DNA of 64,000 bases. Origin: Candidatus Omnitrophota bacterium. GTDB taxonomy: Bacteria; Omnitrophota; Gorgyraeia; JAFGHF01. The notes beneath the pieces were generated by a model. The model was not told the DNA's origin. It ran no database searches and worked only from the letters and a program-made list of their open reading frames with translations. The stretch is taken from contig CP070837.1 of NCBI GenBank assembly GCA_020341815.1, positions 1,044,575-1,108,574 of the forward strand. The letters are read 5' to 3'. Positions 38,403 through 53,407 of this stretch are shown here, in pieces. Numbering within the stretch: the stretch's first letter is position 1; each line of letters starts with the position of its first letter. A program made the translations under genes and the position numbers.

Positions 38403-39168
38403 TTATAGCCTCCTTACCCAGTATTTCCTGGCAAAGCTCTAAATATTTCTGCGCCCCAGGGGAGTTACGATCGTATAAAGCAATGGGTTTACCGAACCCG
38501 GGCGCCTCACTTAAGCGAATATTGCGCGGGATTATTGTATCATAAACCTTGTGCTTGAAGTAGGTTCTGGCCTCAACTATTACTTCATTGGTAAGATTGG
38601 TGCGATAATCAGCCATGGTCAAAAGCACACCCTCAATCTCTAACTCAGGATTTAGATTGTCCTTTACCAGGCTCATAGTATGCGCCAGCTGGCCTAACCC
38701 TTCCAAGGCAAAATATTCACATTGGATAGGAATAATTATGGAGTCGGAAGCAGTAAGGGCATTAATGGTAAGCAAGCCTAAGGAGGGCGGGCAATCAATA
38801 ATTATACAATCGAACTCGTCTTTGACTACCTCCAACGCCCTTTTTAAGCGATACTCCCGGCTCATTACCCCTACAAGCTCTACTTCTGCGCCTGTAAGAT
38901 TGATATTTGAAGGAGCCAAAAAAAGACTGCCGATTGCTGTAGGCAAAATAACTTCGGCGATGCTTGCCTGCTCCAGCATAACATTATATATGCTGGATGC
39001 AATGCCCTGTTTATCTACGCCTACGCCGCTGGTGGCATTACCTTGAGGGTCGATGTCTACTAACAAGACTCTCTTGCCGGCCAAAGCCAAGTAGGCACAA
39101 ATATTAATAGCAGAGGTGGTCTTGCCTGTCCCGCCTTTTTGATTGCATACAGCAATTATTCTACCCAT
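38344..39168 (-). CDS. parA: Chromosome partitioning ATPase ParA/Soj
   Basis: NQKGGTGKTT, DPQGNAT, DCPPSLG. Confidence 0.96.
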   Translation of the reverse strand: MGRIIAVCNQKGGTGKTTSAINICAYLALAGKRVLLVDIDPQGNATSGVGVDKQGIASSIYNVMLEQASIAEVILPTAIGSLFLAPSNINLTGAEVELVGVMSREYRLKRALEVVKDEFDCIIIDCPPSLGLLTINALTASDSIIIPIQCEYFALEGLGQLAHTMSLVKDNLNPELEIEGVLLTMADYRTNLTNEVIVEARTYFKHKVYDTIIPRNIRLSEAPGFGKPIALYDRNSPGAQKYLELCQEILGKEAINAEESIRQGLERLNARKTG

Positions 39169-39184
39169 GTTTCCACGTGAAATG
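39169..39184. promoter_or_regulatory. Degenerate parS-like site
   Basis: gtttccacgtgaaatg, 12/16 match to TGTTCCACGTGAAACA, immediately upstream of parA. Confidence 0.4.
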
Positions 39185-39190
39185 TTTGAG

Positions 39191-39364
39191 TTACTTTAAA
39201 GTAACCTTTACCCGGGCCTGCTTTGCGCCCTTCATGCCAAAAAGCCCTTTGTTTTCCTCGGAAAGGACTTCAATCTTAACCTGGCTTCTGGAAACTCCTA
39301 ATTTTTTCAAGGCAATCTTAATTGCCTCCTGGGGTGTTCGTCCTTCTACCTCAATACTCTTCAT
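39191..39364 (-). CDS. Jag N-terminal-domain-only protein (57 aa)
   Basis: MKSIEVEGRTPQEAIKIALKKLGV...EVLSEENKGLFG...ARVKV; jag position after yidC. Confidence 0.8.
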   Translation of the reverse strand: MKSIEVEGRTPQEAIKIALKKLGVSRSQVKIEVLSEENKGLFGMKGAKQARVKVTLK

Positions 39365-39368
39365 ATCG

Positions 39369-41129
39369 TTATATACTAACCGCTTTCTGTTTTTTTCTGA
39401 TTAAAAGCTGCTGTAAGGCCGTAGCCACATTAAAAGTAAACCAATAAAGCACTACGCCCGAAGGAAGACTGGCAAAGATCCAGGTCAAGAATACAGGCAT
39501 CAAGTAGGCCATCATCTTTGCCTGCTCCTGCTGGGCGCCGCCCGCAGTGCCCATGCCTGTAAGCTTCTGCTGCACAAACATACTTATCCCCATAAGGATA
39601 GGTAAGACATAATAAGGGTCCTTTGCAGAAAGGTCCGTTATCCAGCCTATAAAGGGCGCGCCACGTAACTCTATGCTATTATACAAGATACCGTAAAGGG
39701 CAAAGAAAACCGGCATCTGCAGTAAGAGGGGTAAACAACCGCTCTGGCAGCTACTTAATGGATTTACACCCCTTCTGCGATAAAGACCCATAATCTCCTT
39801 ATTCAGTTTTTGGGGATTGTCTTTAAATTTCTCGCGCAGTTCATCCATCTCCGGCTGGATAGATTTCATCTGTTGCTGCATCTTCTGCATTGATTCAAAA
39901 CTGTGGTGGGTAAGGGGATAGAAGAGTATCTTGGTAACCAAACATAATAGAATAATCCCCCAGCCAAAGTTATTTGTCCAGCCGGAAAAGAAAAGCAGGA
40001 TGCGATACATAAACCGGGCAATAGTGCCAAAAAAGCCATAATCTATTGATTTCTCAAGGCTTACGCCAATTTCTTTCAGCCGTTCTCTCTTTTTAGGCCC
40101 CAGATAAAGCCTGAAATTATACGGCTCGCCTGGATCTTTCCCGGACACAGCCAGAGCTGCTTTTTGCTCGCCGGCCTTATTTTTTTCTACTATTACTGCA
40201 TCCGCCGGCTGCAAGGGGATAAGGGCAGTCAAAAAATATTTATTCTCTAAACCGGCCCAGAGTATCTCTCCTTTTTGCCTATGTTCCCGACGGACAAAAA
40301 GATTATTTTCGCTGCGCGAATATTTTTCCGTCTGGGTCCAGGCCTGGCGGCCATTATAAAAACAGCTTACCGGCCCCTGATATCCGTACATCCTGCCTCG
40401 CTGCAGACGGGGCATACCTACATCCGGACCGCAGGATAAAAGAAAATCCGCCTTTTTCCAGCCGCGGAGTGAAATATCTAACCCTATGCTATAATTAGAG
40501 TTGGAGAAGCTGTAAACCTTCTTTATCTTTCGTCCCCGAGAATCGGTATATATAAACTCCAATTGGCCGCTGGGATTGTCGTTACTCAACCTCAAGCCCT
40601 CTTCAGGGCAGCGATATAAAGCGCTATTCAACTCGGAACTCGCCTCTTCGTCGTCCGGAAAGATTATTGCCGGGCTGAAATCGCCGTCAAGCGTAGATGG
40701 CAGAGAGACTAACTGGGCCATCTGCGGCTTTTGTTCTAAGCGCTTAAGCAAGAGCTCTAATTTATTCCTTTCGCGCTGGGAAATCCGTCCTGCGCTAAGC
40801 TGTTTCCGGACAGTCCTGATATCTATTTTTTCCTCGGGATATCGCTTGAGCTCACAGCTCTTAATCCTTGCGCCGCTTTCGGTTATGACTAATCTTACCA
40901 GGTCTGTCTCTACCACGAAATCTCTGGCCGAGCTTATTATCCCGGGGCTGACAGCGCTTTCCGGCATCCGGCCTGAAGGCTGCGCAGGGCGATAAGGTGC
41001 AATGGTCTCTTTTGTTTGCCCGGGAACAACCTCCTGCTCTGCAGGGGGATATTTCCGAGCCATCATATAGTTGTAACTCATTATTACCAATAATGATAGG
41101 AATAAAGCAAGCGCAGTCCTTTTGCCCAT
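39369..41129 (-). CDS. yidC: Membrane protein insertase YidC
   Basis: IDYGFF, NFGWGII, GCLP.L.QMPVF, WI.DLS..DP. Confidence 0.96.
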   Translation of the reverse strand: MGKRTALALFLSLLVIMSYNYMMARKYPPAEQEVVPGQTKETIAPYRPAQPSGRMPESAVSPGIISSARDFVVETDLVRLVITESGARIKSCELKRYPEEKIDIRTVRKQLSAGRISQRERNKLELLLKRLEQKPQMAQLVSLPSTLDGDFSPAIIFPDDEEASSELNSALYRCPEEGLRLSNDNPSGQLEFIYTDSRGRKIKKVYSFSNSNYSIGLDISLRGWKKADFLLSCGPDVGMPRLQRGRMYGYQGPVSCFYNGRQAWTQTEKYSRSENNLFVRREHRQKGEILWAGLENKYFLTALIPLQPADAVIVEKNKAGEQKAALAVSGKDPGEPYNFRLYLGPKKRERLKEIGVSLEKSIDYGFFGTIARFMYRILLFFSGWTNNFGWGIILLCLVTKILFYPLTHHSFESMQKMQQQMKSIQPEMDELREKFKDNPQKLNKEIMGLYRRRGVNPLSSCQSGCLPLLLQMPVFFALYGILYNSIELRGAPFIGWITDLSAKDPYYVLPILMGISMFVQQKLTGMGTAGGAQQEQAKMMAYLMPVFLTWIFASLPSGVVLYWFTFNVATALQQLLIRKKQKAVSI

Positions 41130-41286
41130 AAATTACATCTCCTCAATAAACACTGGACTTATAGAGCACAAAGTGCGAGATAAGTCCATCTTCTTTAGTT
41201 GTTCCTCGTAGTTTGTGTGAATTAATCCCGAAGCTTAAGGGGAAATTGTCGAAGAGAATTTCCCCTTGTTTAAGCAAGGGATAAGC

Positions 41287-41529
41287 TCATGCTTCATTTA
41301 CCGGATCAAAAAAGCCCCTCCGGCTAAATGGATGGCAACGCAACAGGCGCCCCAGAGACATCCTCAAACCCCGCCACAAGCCTTTTTTTTCCACAGCCTC
41401 CCGGGCATAAGCAGAACAGCTGGGATAGAATCTACATCTTGGTAACATCAAGCAAGATATAGAGTTACGATAAAAATCGATGGCAGAGATAACAGCCTTC
41501 TTAAGCACCTTTTGAATTATGCCTGGCAT
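41287..41529 (-). CDS. yidD: Membrane protein insertion efficiency factor
   Basis: CRFYPSCS.Y, RLLRCHPF...FDPV. Confidence 0.93.
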   Translation of the reverse strand: MPGIIQKVLKKAVISAIDFYRNSISCLMLPRCRFYPSCSAYAREAVEKKGLWRGLRMSLGRLLRCHPFSRRGFFDPVNEA

Positions 41530-41876
41530 TTTAATAATTTTGCTTTCTGCGCAAGAGAGAGAAGCTCCGCGGTTATTTCTCCAAAACCCGTAGTCTTTTT
41601 AATATTACGGGCTACTATTACTATATCATAACCCTGCAAAAAGCGCATTTTGTTCAGACGATAAGCCTCCCGCAGGCGCCGCTGGATATAATGTCGTCGG
41701 ACGCTTAACCTGAACCTCTTTTTAGTGACCGATAAGCCCATCCGGCTAAGCTTCAGCTTATTGGGCATAAAGAATAAAGTCAAAAGGGGCCCACTTTGTC
41801 TGCGGCCCCGCATATAGACTTCTCTAAACTGACGGTTGCGCCGGAGCTTCTGTTGTTTGCTCTGGTCTGGCTTCAC
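41517..41876 (-). CDS. rnpA: Ribonuclease P protein component
   Basis: RMGLSVTKK, RR.I.RRLREAYR, DIVIVAR; GTG start at 41876 is supplied by the repeat element. Confidence 0.9.
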   Translation of the reverse strand: MKPDQSKQQKLRRNRQFREVYMRGRRQSGPLLTLFFMPNKLKLSRMGLSVTKKRFRLSVRRHYIQRRLREAYRLNKMRFLQGYDIVIVARNIKKTTGFGEITAELLSLAQKAKLLKCQA

Positions 41877-41986
41877 CCCGCTCTTCTTTTCATCCCTTAG
41901 CTCATAAGCACTTTTTTGCAGAGTAGAACTGCCACGAAGCCTCTCTGTGCCATTTGCCTTAGGGGTTTTAGGAAGGGCGGGGTTCA
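41874..41986. repeat. 113-bp TIR element, copy B
   Basis: Minus strand TGA-ACCCCGCCCTTCC...GAAGAGCGGG-GTGA between the rpmH stop and rnpA start. Confidence 0.8.
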
Positions 41987-42121
41987 TGGAGTAAGCGTCT
42001 TTTTGCCTTTTCGGCGCCGGCGGGCAATAACAGCCCTGCCGGAAGCCCCTGACATCCGTCGGCGAAATCCATGTTTCCTTTTTTTCTTAAGATTGGTCTT
42101 TACCCTAAGCGTCTTCTTCAT
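41984..42121 (-). CDS. rpmH: 50S ribosomal protein L34
   Basis: [23 protein letters not shown]...[18 protein letters not shown]. Confidence 0.93.
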   Translation of the reverse strand: MKKTLRVKTNLKKKRKHGFRRRMSGASGRAVIARRRRKGKKTLTP

Positions 42122-42135
42122 ATTTATTAGAGGCA

Positions 42136-42304
42136 ATTATAACATAAAGATTTTTTAAGTCAAGTAAAATCTGCCCAAAGGGTAAAAAATATCCGGCTCC
42201 TTATTTCTTGTGAATTTTTAAAAAAATCTCTTGCCAAGGCCTCAAGGCTCTGCTATAATTACAAAACTGAACACAGTTTTATCCTGTGGATAACTTGTGA
42301 ATAA
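42136..42304. promoter_or_regulatory. Divergent rpmH/dnaA promoters and upstream DnaA boxes
   Basis: Minus TTGACT-16-TATAAT (42136-42163); plus TTGCCA-17-TATAAT with TG (42231-42259); boxes TGTGGATAA at 42285 and TGTGAATAA at 42296. Confidence 0.75.
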
Positions 42305-42316
42305 ACAGGGGAGAGG

Positions 42317-43690
42317 ATGGAAGGCTTAGCAGAACAGCTTTGGAGGCAAATCCTGGACACAGCCAAGGAAACTTTAGGCGAACAAAGCTTCGAGACCTGG
42401 TTTCGCCCTATAAGAGTGCAGGATTTCTCAGAGAATACACTGACCCTGGAGCTGCCAAATAAGTTTTTCCAGACCTGGATAAAAGAGCACTATCTGGGAT
42501 TGATTAAACAGGCCTTAAGCTCCGCTATTCAGAAAGATGATGTAGAGGTGCAGCTGGTGTTGACGCAGGCAGAACCGCTTTCTTCGCCGGAGAAAAAAGA
42601 AGAGCCCAAACCAAGGCGGTGGTTTTTTCGCAAACCTCCTCAGCCGCAACAAGAGACTCAATCCGCTGATTCCTTCAAGGTAGATGCCCGCTACAGCTTT
42701 GAGAATTTTGTGGTAGGCCCGAGTAACCGATTTGCCCACGCCGCCTCTATGGCGGTGGGAGAGTCTCCGGCCCGCTCTTACAATCCCTTGTTTATCTACG
42801 GAGGGGTGGGGTTAGGAAAAACACACCTGATGCAGGCCATCGGCGGGCACATCCTGAAAAACAACCCCCGGCTTAAAGTAACTTATATCTCCAGCGAAAA
42901 GTTTACCAATCAACTAATCAGCGCTATTCAGCACCGCACCACTACGAACTTCAGGGAAAAATACCGCCATGTGGATATCCTGTTAATCGACGATATCCAT
43001 TTTATCGGCGGCAAAGAGGCCACCCAGGAAGAGTTTTTCCATACTTTCAATGCTCTTTACGACGCCCATAAACAGATTGTCCTTTCCAGCGACCGGCCCC
43101 CGAAAGATATCCCCACCTTGGAAGAAAGGCTGGTTTCCCGTTTTGAATGGGGCCTGGTTACCGACATCCAGCCTCCGGATTTAGAAACCCGCATCGCCAT
43201 CCTGAAGAAAAAACTCGAACAGAATAAAATCGATGTGCCCGACGATGTTATCTTTTTCATCGCCGACAAAGTCCGGCTGAATATCCGTGAGCTGGAAGGG
43301 GCGCTGATTCGGGTGGTGGCCTACTCCTCTTTAACCAATGAAAAAATTACCCTGGATTTGGCCCGCTCCGTCTTAAAAGACATGCTGCTGGAAGACAAAA
43401 AACTCTCTGTTGAAGCTATTCAGAAAAAAGTGGCTGCCCATTTCGATATCCGTATCCTGGATTTAAAAGCGAAAAAGAGAAATCGGGCGGTAGTTTACCC
43501 CCGTCAGATTGCCATGTATCTCACCCGTACTCTTACTGATTTTTCCTTACCGGAAATAGGCGAATATTTCGGGGGCAGAGACCATACTACAGTCCTCTAT
43601 GCTTACGACAAGATCCAGAGGGATTCAAAAAAGGACTCGAACTTACAAGACCTGCTTGACAGATTGGTAATGGATATAAGAAGTGATTAA
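42317..43690 (+). CDS. dnaA: Chromosomal replication initiator DnaA
   Basis: YNPLFIYGGVGLGKTHL, LLIDDI, FGGRDHTTV. Confidence 0.98.
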   Translation: MEGLAEQLWRQILDTAKETLGEQSFETWFRPIRVQDFSENTLTLELPNKFFQTWIKEHYLGLIKQALSSAIQKDDVEVQLVLTQAEPLSSPEKKEEPKPRRWFFRKPPQPQQETQSADSFKVDARYSFENFVVGPSNRFAHAASMAVGESPARSYNPLFIYGGVGLGKTHLMQAIGGHILKNNPRLKVTYISSEKFTNQLISAIQHRTTTNFREKYRHVDILLIDDIHFIGGKEATQEEFFHTFNALYDAHKQIVLSSDRPPKDIPTLEERLVSRFEWGLVTDIQPPDLETRIAILKKKLEQNKIDVPDDVIFFIADKVRLNIRELEGALIRVVAYSSLTNEKITLDLARSVLKDMLLEDKKLSVEAIQKKVAAHFDIRILDLKAKKRNRAVVYPRQIAMYLTRTLTDFSLPEIGEYFGGRDHTTVLYAYDKIQRDSKKDSNLQDLLDRLVMDIRSD

Positions 43691-43881
43691 GCCATCCGTG
43701 ACTTAGTCCCGAGACGAGTCTGTGGATAAGATGTGGATAGAATACCAGACTTATCCACAAGGTTTTAAGTTTGTTATTCTTTACATTTATTGAAGTAACG
43801 AAGTTATCCACAGTTTCCTCAAGACTTACTATTACGACTACTTATTTTTCTATCTAAAAGAGAATATAAGGAGAACAAAAA
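43691..43881. other. oriC (dnaA-dnaN intergenic region)
   Basis: DnaA boxes at 43721, 43732, 43751 and 43804, followed by DnaA-trio-like tactattacgactact and an AT-rich tract; gene orientation flips here. Confidence 0.88.
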
Positions 43882-44975
43882 ATGAAAATAAAAACATCTA
43901 AAGAATCTTTATTAAAAGCGGTTCAGACGCTCCAAAGTGTTATTTCCACAAAAAGCACTCTCCCTGTTCTCTCTAATTTTCTCTTAGAGGCCCAGAAGGA
44001 TAAAATTCTTATGGCTGCCACAGACCTGGACGTAGGCATTTCGCTTGATTTTTCTCCCATAGAAATAAATGAGGAAGGCAGTATTACTGTTCCGGCCAAG
44101 AAATTTCTGGATATTATTAAGGATTTACCCGCAGGGGATATAACTGTAACCGTGAGGAAGAATAATTCTATTTCCATTGAATCGCAAAAATGCTTCTTCA
44201 GGTTGATGGGCCTGCCTAAAGACGAGTTTCCTAAATTGCCGAAACTTCACGAAAAAGAAAGTATCAGTCTGGATCAGCGATTGTTGAAGAATATGCTTAA
44301 CCTTACCTCTTTTGCGGTTTCTCGCGATGAGACCAGATACATACTGACCGGCGTCCTTTTTTTGGTTGAAGGTAAAAGAGTAAGATTTGTAGCTACCGAC
44401 GGAAGAAGATTGGCTTTAATCGAAAAAGAAATGAACGAGGCCCAGCGCTTTAAGAAAGAAGTTATCGTTCCTATTAAGGCGATTCAGGAATTAACGCGCA
44501 ACTTAAAAGACGAGGGCGTGGTAAAAATAGTTTTCGGAGAAAATCAGATTTCTTTTCAATTCGATAATATAACGCTTATTTCCCGTCTTATCGAGGGGCA
44601 ATTTCCTAACTATGAACAGGTAATCCCCAAAGGAGGCAAGGATAAGGTTGTTATTGACCGGGAGAGATTTCTCTGGGCCGCAAAAAGGGTTGCTATTTTA
44701 ACTTCTGCCGATTCACAGTCGATAAAATTAGATTTATTTAAGGATAAATTAATCTTTTCTAAAAACAGTCCGGATATGGGTGAAGCCCGGGAAGAAATAG
44801 ATATCGAGCATAGGGGGGGAGAGTTTTCCGTAGGTTTTAACCCGCAATATTTAATCGATGCCTTAAAGACGCTTAAGGATCAGGATATCAGTTTGGAATT
44901 GACGGGTTCGGAAAGCCCGGGTATAATCAGGGCCCAGGGCAGTTATGTTTATATAGTTTTACCGATGCAACTAGC

Positions 44976-44979
<4 letters not shown>
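43882..44979 (+). CDS. dnaN: DNA polymerase III beta clamp
   Basis: ATDLD, VATDGRRLA, RLIEGQFPNY..VIP, GFNP.YL. Confidence 0.97.
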
Positions 44980-49387
<4,408 letters not shown>

Positions 49388-49389
49388 CT

Positions 49390-51822
49390 ATGTATACAAA
49401 AGGCGAAAAGATAGTACCCGTTTATATCGAAAATGAAATGAAGGATTCCTATGTTTCCTATGCCATGAGCGTAATCGTGGGACGGGCGCTTCCCGATGTG
49501 CGCGACGGCCTCAAGCCCGTGCACCGACGGATTCTTTATGCGATGAAAGAGCTGCACCTGGAGCACAGCAAGCCTTATAAGAAATGCGCGCGTATAGTTG
49601 GAGACACCCTTGGCCGTTTTCACCCGCATGGTGACACGGCGGTATTTGATGCCCTGGTGCGTATGGTTCAGGATTTTTCCTTAAGGTATCCTTTAGTTGA
49701 CGGTCAGGGGAATTTTGGCTCAATCGACGGGGATGCTGCGGCGGCTATGCGTTATGTTGAAGCACGCTTAAGCTCGATTACCGATTGGATGCTTAAAGAC
49801 CTGGAAAAAGAAACCGTCAACTTTGTGCCCAATTTCGACGAATCTATGACCGAGCCCTCGGTCCTGCCGGCGGTTTTGCCAAATCTTCTGGTAAACGGCT
49901 CAAGCGGCATAGCCGTGGGTATGGCTACCAATATCCCGCCGCATAATCTGGGTGAGATAATTGAGGGAGTTAAGCTGGTTATCGATGAGCCCGATTGCGA
50001 GATAAAAGAATTGATGCGCCTGATTAAAGGCCCGGACTTTCCCACCGGCGGATTTATCTGCGGGCGGGAAGGGATAAAGCATGCCTACACCTCAGGGCGC
50101 GGGCGGCTTAAGGTGCGCGCCAAGGCCAATATCGAACAGCAGAAAAGCGGCAAAGAGGCCATTGTAATTTCCGAGATACCCTACCAGGTAAATAAAACAA
50201 ACGTAATCAACTCTATCGCCAAGCTGGTGCAGGACAGAAAGATAGACGGCATCAGCGACTTAAGAGACGAGTCAGATAAAGACGGAATGCGTATTGTGGT
50301 AGAGCTGCGCCGGGGGGCAATAGCCCAGGTGGTGCTTAATCATTTATTTAAGCAGACCCAGATGGAAGAGACCTTTGGCGTAATTCTGCTTGCCCTGGTG
50401 GACAACCAGCCGCGCATTCTCAACCTGAAGCAACTGCTTGAGCTTTATATCGAGCATCGCAAAGAGATAATTATCCGCCGCACCACCTTTGACCTGCGCC
50501 GGGCGGAGGAACGGGCGCATATCTTAGAGGGTTTGAAGATTGCCCTTTCGCATCTGGATAAAGTTATTAAAACTATTAGAGAGTCCAAGACGCCCCAGAT
50601 TGCCAAAGAGCAATTGATGAAGAAGTTTTCTTTAAGTGAAAGACAGGCCCAGGCGATTCTGGAGATGCAGCTTCAGAGGCTGACCGCTCTTGAGCGCGAT
50701 AAAATCGACCAGGAATATCTGGAGCTGATTAAAAAGATTGAGCAGCTCAAAAGCATCTTGGCCAGCGAAAAAAAGGTCTTGGGGATTATCAAGGATGAGC
50801 TGGATGAGCTGAAGAAGAAATTCGGCGACGACAGAAGAACGCAGGTTGTGGGCGAGGCCGAGGATCTGGAAATAGAAGACTTGATTGCCGAGGAAGATGT
50901 TATTATTACCATTACTCATTCCGGCTATATAAAGCGCCTTCCGGTAAGCGCATACAAGCGGCAGCGCCGGGGCGGAAGAGGCGTAACCGCAATGGGGACG
51001 AAAGAGGAGGATTTTGCCGAGCATCTTTTCCTTGCCTCAACGCATGAATATATTCTTTTCTTCACTAATAAAGGAAAAGTCTATTGGCTAAAAGTGCATG
51101 AGATTCCTCAAGGAGGACGCCTTTCCAAGGGTAAGGCAATCGTCAATCTTCTGCAGGTGGAGTCGGGTGAGAAAATCTCCGCGCACGTCCCGGTAAAAGA
51201 GTTCGACCCCAAGAAATACCTTGTTTTGGTTACCAAACAGGGTTTGATTAAAAAGACCTGCCTGGATGCCTTCAGTAATCCGCGCCGCGCGGGTATCGTA
51301 GCTATTTCCCTTGAGTCCGGAGATGAATTGATTGCAGCCACCCTTACCGACGGAAAACACGAAGTCTTTCTGGCCAGCCGCCAGGGCAAGGCCCTGCGCT
51401 TTAAGGAAAGCGATGTGCGCGATATGGGTAGAACTGCCAAGGGCGTGCGGGCAATAAAATTGCGCAAGAACGATGAGGTAATCGGGATGGAAATCGTCAG
51501 GCCCGAGGCCACGCTGCTTACGGTAACCTCAGGCGGTTTTGGCAAGAGGACCCCGTTTAAGGACTACAGGCTGCAGTCCCGCGCCGGACAAGGAGTTATC
51601 AATATTAAAGTGACCAGTAAAAATGGCGAGGTCGTCGGCCTCAAATCCGTTAACGATAAAGATGAAGTAATGATTATCACTCAAAACGGGATGGTAGTGC
51701 GCTGTCCCGTCAAGGATATTCGCACCGTGGGCAGAAATACTCAAGGCGTGCGGATAATCCGCCTGGGGCAAAAAGATAAGGTTTCATCGATTGCCTCGGT
51801 AGTAAAGAAGGAAGAAGAATAG
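49390..51822 (+). CDS. gyrA: DNA gyrase subunit A
   Basis: [18 protein letters not shown], GyrA-box QRRGGRG. Confidence 0.98.
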   Translation: MYTKGEKIVPVYIENEMKDSYVSYAMSVIVGRALPDVRDGLKPVHRRILYAMKELHLEHSKPYKKCARIVGDTLGRFHPHGDTAVFDALVRMVQDFSLRYPLVDGQGNFGSIDGDAAAAMRYVEARLSSITDWMLKDLEKETVNFVPNFDESMTEPSVLPAVLPNLLVNGSSGIAVGMATNIPPHNLGEIIEGVKLVIDEPDCEIKELMRLIKGPDFPTGGFICGREGIKHAYTSGRGRLKVRAKANIEQQKSGKEAIVISEIPYQVNKTNVINSIAKLVQDRKIDGISDLRDESDKDGMRIVVELRRGAIAQVVLNHLFKQTQMEETFGVILLALVDNQPRILNLKQLLELYIEHRKEIIIRRTTFDLRRAEERAHILEGLKIALSHLDKVIKTIRESKTPQIAKEQLMKKFSLSERQAQAILEMQLQRLTALERDKIDQEYLELIKKIEQLKSILASEKKVLGIIKDELDELKKKFGDDRRTQVVGEAEDLEIEDLIAEEDVIITITHSGYIKRLPVSAYKRQRRGGRGVTAMGTKEEDFAEHLFLASTHEYILFFTNKGKVYWLKVHEIPQGGRLSKGKAIVNLLQVESGEKISAHVPVKEFDPKKYLVLVTKQGLIKKTCLDAFSNPRRAGIVAISLESGDELIAATLTDGKHEVFLASRQGKALRFKESDVRDMGRTAKGVRAIKLRKNDEVIGMEIVRPEATLLTVTSGGFGKRTPFKDYRLQSRAGQGVINIKVTSKNGEVVGLKSVNDKDEVMIITQNGMVVRCPVKDIRTVGRNTQGVRIIRLGQKDKVSSIASVVKKEEE

Positions 51823-51825
51823 ATT

Positions 51826-52011
51826 ATGAAAGGAATTCTCAAATTAAACAAACACAATAAAGATAAAGAAATAGACTTTGAATTAAATTATCTTAAGTCA
51901 TTATCCTTTCAGCAGAGGCTGCAAATGTGTTTGCAAAAGTCTAAAGAAATGAAGGAGCTTTTAAAGAAAAGTGGGCACAGAAAGACTTTTGAAATTATTA
52001 AAAGGACATAA
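51826..52011 (+). CDS. Small basic protein partnered with the nucleotidyltransferase
   Basis: 61-aa ORF overlapping the NTase start; EIDFEL.YL.SLS..QRL. Confidence 0.65.
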   Translation: MKGILKLNKHNKDKEIDFELNYLKSLSFQQRLQMCLQKSKEMKELLKKSGHRKTFEIIKRT

Positions 52012-52417
52012 GGTAGATTTCGTAATTATCGGCGCTACCGCCTTTCCTCTCTACGGCTATGCGCGTGCTACATTGGATATAGATATTTTTATTCGCCCCG
52101 AGGAAAATAATGCCAAAAAGACCTGGCGGGCTTTAAGGAAATTCGGGTATGATTTAAGCGATGTAACTATAGAAGATTTAATGAGTAAAAAATTATTAAT
52201 TCGTCAATACAACGTAGAAACAGACATTCACCCTTTTGTAAAAGGCATCACTTTTAAAAGGGTATGGAAGAACAAACTGCGGGCAAAATTTGGCCATACC
52301 TTTGTATATTTCGCTGCGCTTGAGGATTTGATCAAGATGAAGAAGGCTGCGGCGCGGCCTCAGGATTTAGAAGATCTTAAATATTTAAACAGATTAGCCA
52401 AAAAACATAAAAGCTAA
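51971..52417 (+). CDS. Nucleotidyltransferase-fold protein (DUF6036-like)
   Basis: FVIIGA.A...YGY.RAT.DIDI, DLIKMK.AA.R.QD..DL. Confidence 0.82.
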   Translation: MGTERLLKLLKGHKVDFVIIGATAFPLYGYARATLDIDIFIRPEENNAKKTWRALRKFGYDLSDVTIEDLMSKKLLIRQYNVETDIHPFVKGITFKRVWKNKLRAKFGHTFVYFAALEDLIKMKKAAARPQDLEDLKYLNRLAKKHKS

Positions 52418-52418
52418 C

Positions 52419-52496
52419 GACCCCATCGTCTAGCCCGGCCTAGGACAAGAGCTTTTCAAGCTCTCGACACCGGTTCGAATCCGGTTGGGGTCGCCA
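52419..52496 (+). tRNA. tRNA-Glu(TTC)
   Basis: agagc-TTTTCAA-gctct anticodon arm, GTTCGAATC, GCCA. Confidence 0.96.
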
Positions 52497-52607
52497 TCAA
52501 TTCGGACACTCTTGTAACTTAAACAGTTATAAGAGGTTAAATAAAGTAAGGGGAGTTGAAGTACTTCAAAAAAGGAGTATTTTGGCTTCCTTTTTTATTT
52601 TATCTCA

Positions 52608-52664
52608 AAAGCATAGTTCAATTTTTGAATTCAGCTTTAAGCAAAGCATAATTCAAAATTTGAA
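52608..52664. repeat. Two 22-bp direct repeats with internal palindromes
   Basis: aaagcatagttcaatttttgaa and aaagcataattcaaaatttgaa, 35 bp apart. Confidence 0.7.
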
Positions 52665-52710
52665 CTCTCATATATTAAATAAATAGATACTTAAATAGAA
52701 GACTTAAACT

Positions 52711-53190
52711 ATGAGAACCATTTACCCATTTGGCTGGATAGACAGAGACCTTAAAGAATTAGGATTTTTAAAGGAAATGTCTCCTACAGCGGCAAAGCTT
52801 TATATTCTTTATATCCTGGCCGGTGGCGCAAATGGCAGAAGCTGTTACAGCGCTAAGGCCTTAAACGAAGCAACCGGCCTGGCAAACGCCACAATATGCA
52901 AAGCAAGACAGGAGCTTCAAGATATGGGTCTTATTGCAGTAGAGAAGGAAATGATACCGGGTCGCAAGAACAAGAAGCCAAAGATATGGGTAGAGCTCCA
53001 GGATCTTCCGGTTGACAGGATGGAGGTTAAACAACGCAGAAACACCGCCCATAAAGAACTTACCACTAAGAGAATCAGGAAAAGGAGATCGGAATTCATT
53101 GAACAGCCGAGACTTCTTTGTGAAAGGCCATATATGGCTCCAGATTGGCTGAAACAAGGTGTAAAACGAGCAAGGAGGCCTTATGTTTAG
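52711..53190 (+). CDS. Winged-HTH protein (replication-initiator-like)
   Basis: A.KLY..L......SCYS...L.E.TGL...TI.KA..EL...GLI pattern. Confidence 0.65.
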   Translation: MRTIYPFGWIDRDLKELGFLKEMSPTAAKLYILYILAGGANGRSCYSAKALNEATGLANATICKARQELQDMGLIAVEKEMIPGRKNKKPKIWVELQDLPVDRMEVKQRRNTAHKELTTKRIRKRRSEFIEQPRLLCERPYMAPDWLKQGVKRARRPYV

Positions 53191-53407
53191 CCTGCGCCGC
53201 TGGCTCAAATATACCCTAAATCCCCCAGAATATATTTGGATAAAGGCCATTTTGCTCAAAGAAACCCGCAAAGCCATCTTAATTGAGTTCGATGGCAAGC
53301 AAATCTGGCTCCCGAAGGTCTGGATTTTACGTATCAAACGAATTCAATGCAACCCTACCATAAGCATCAAAATATCCCAGTATCACTGGGCCAAGAAGCT
53401 CGGGTAA
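53183..53407 (+). CDS. Small phage-like hypothetical protein
   Basis: ET.KAILI......WLPK motif; overlaps the upstream gene. Confidence 0.55.
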   Translation: MFSLRRWLKYTLNPPEYIWIKAILLKETRKAILIEFDGKQIWLPKVWILRIKRIQCNPTISIKISQYHWAKKLG

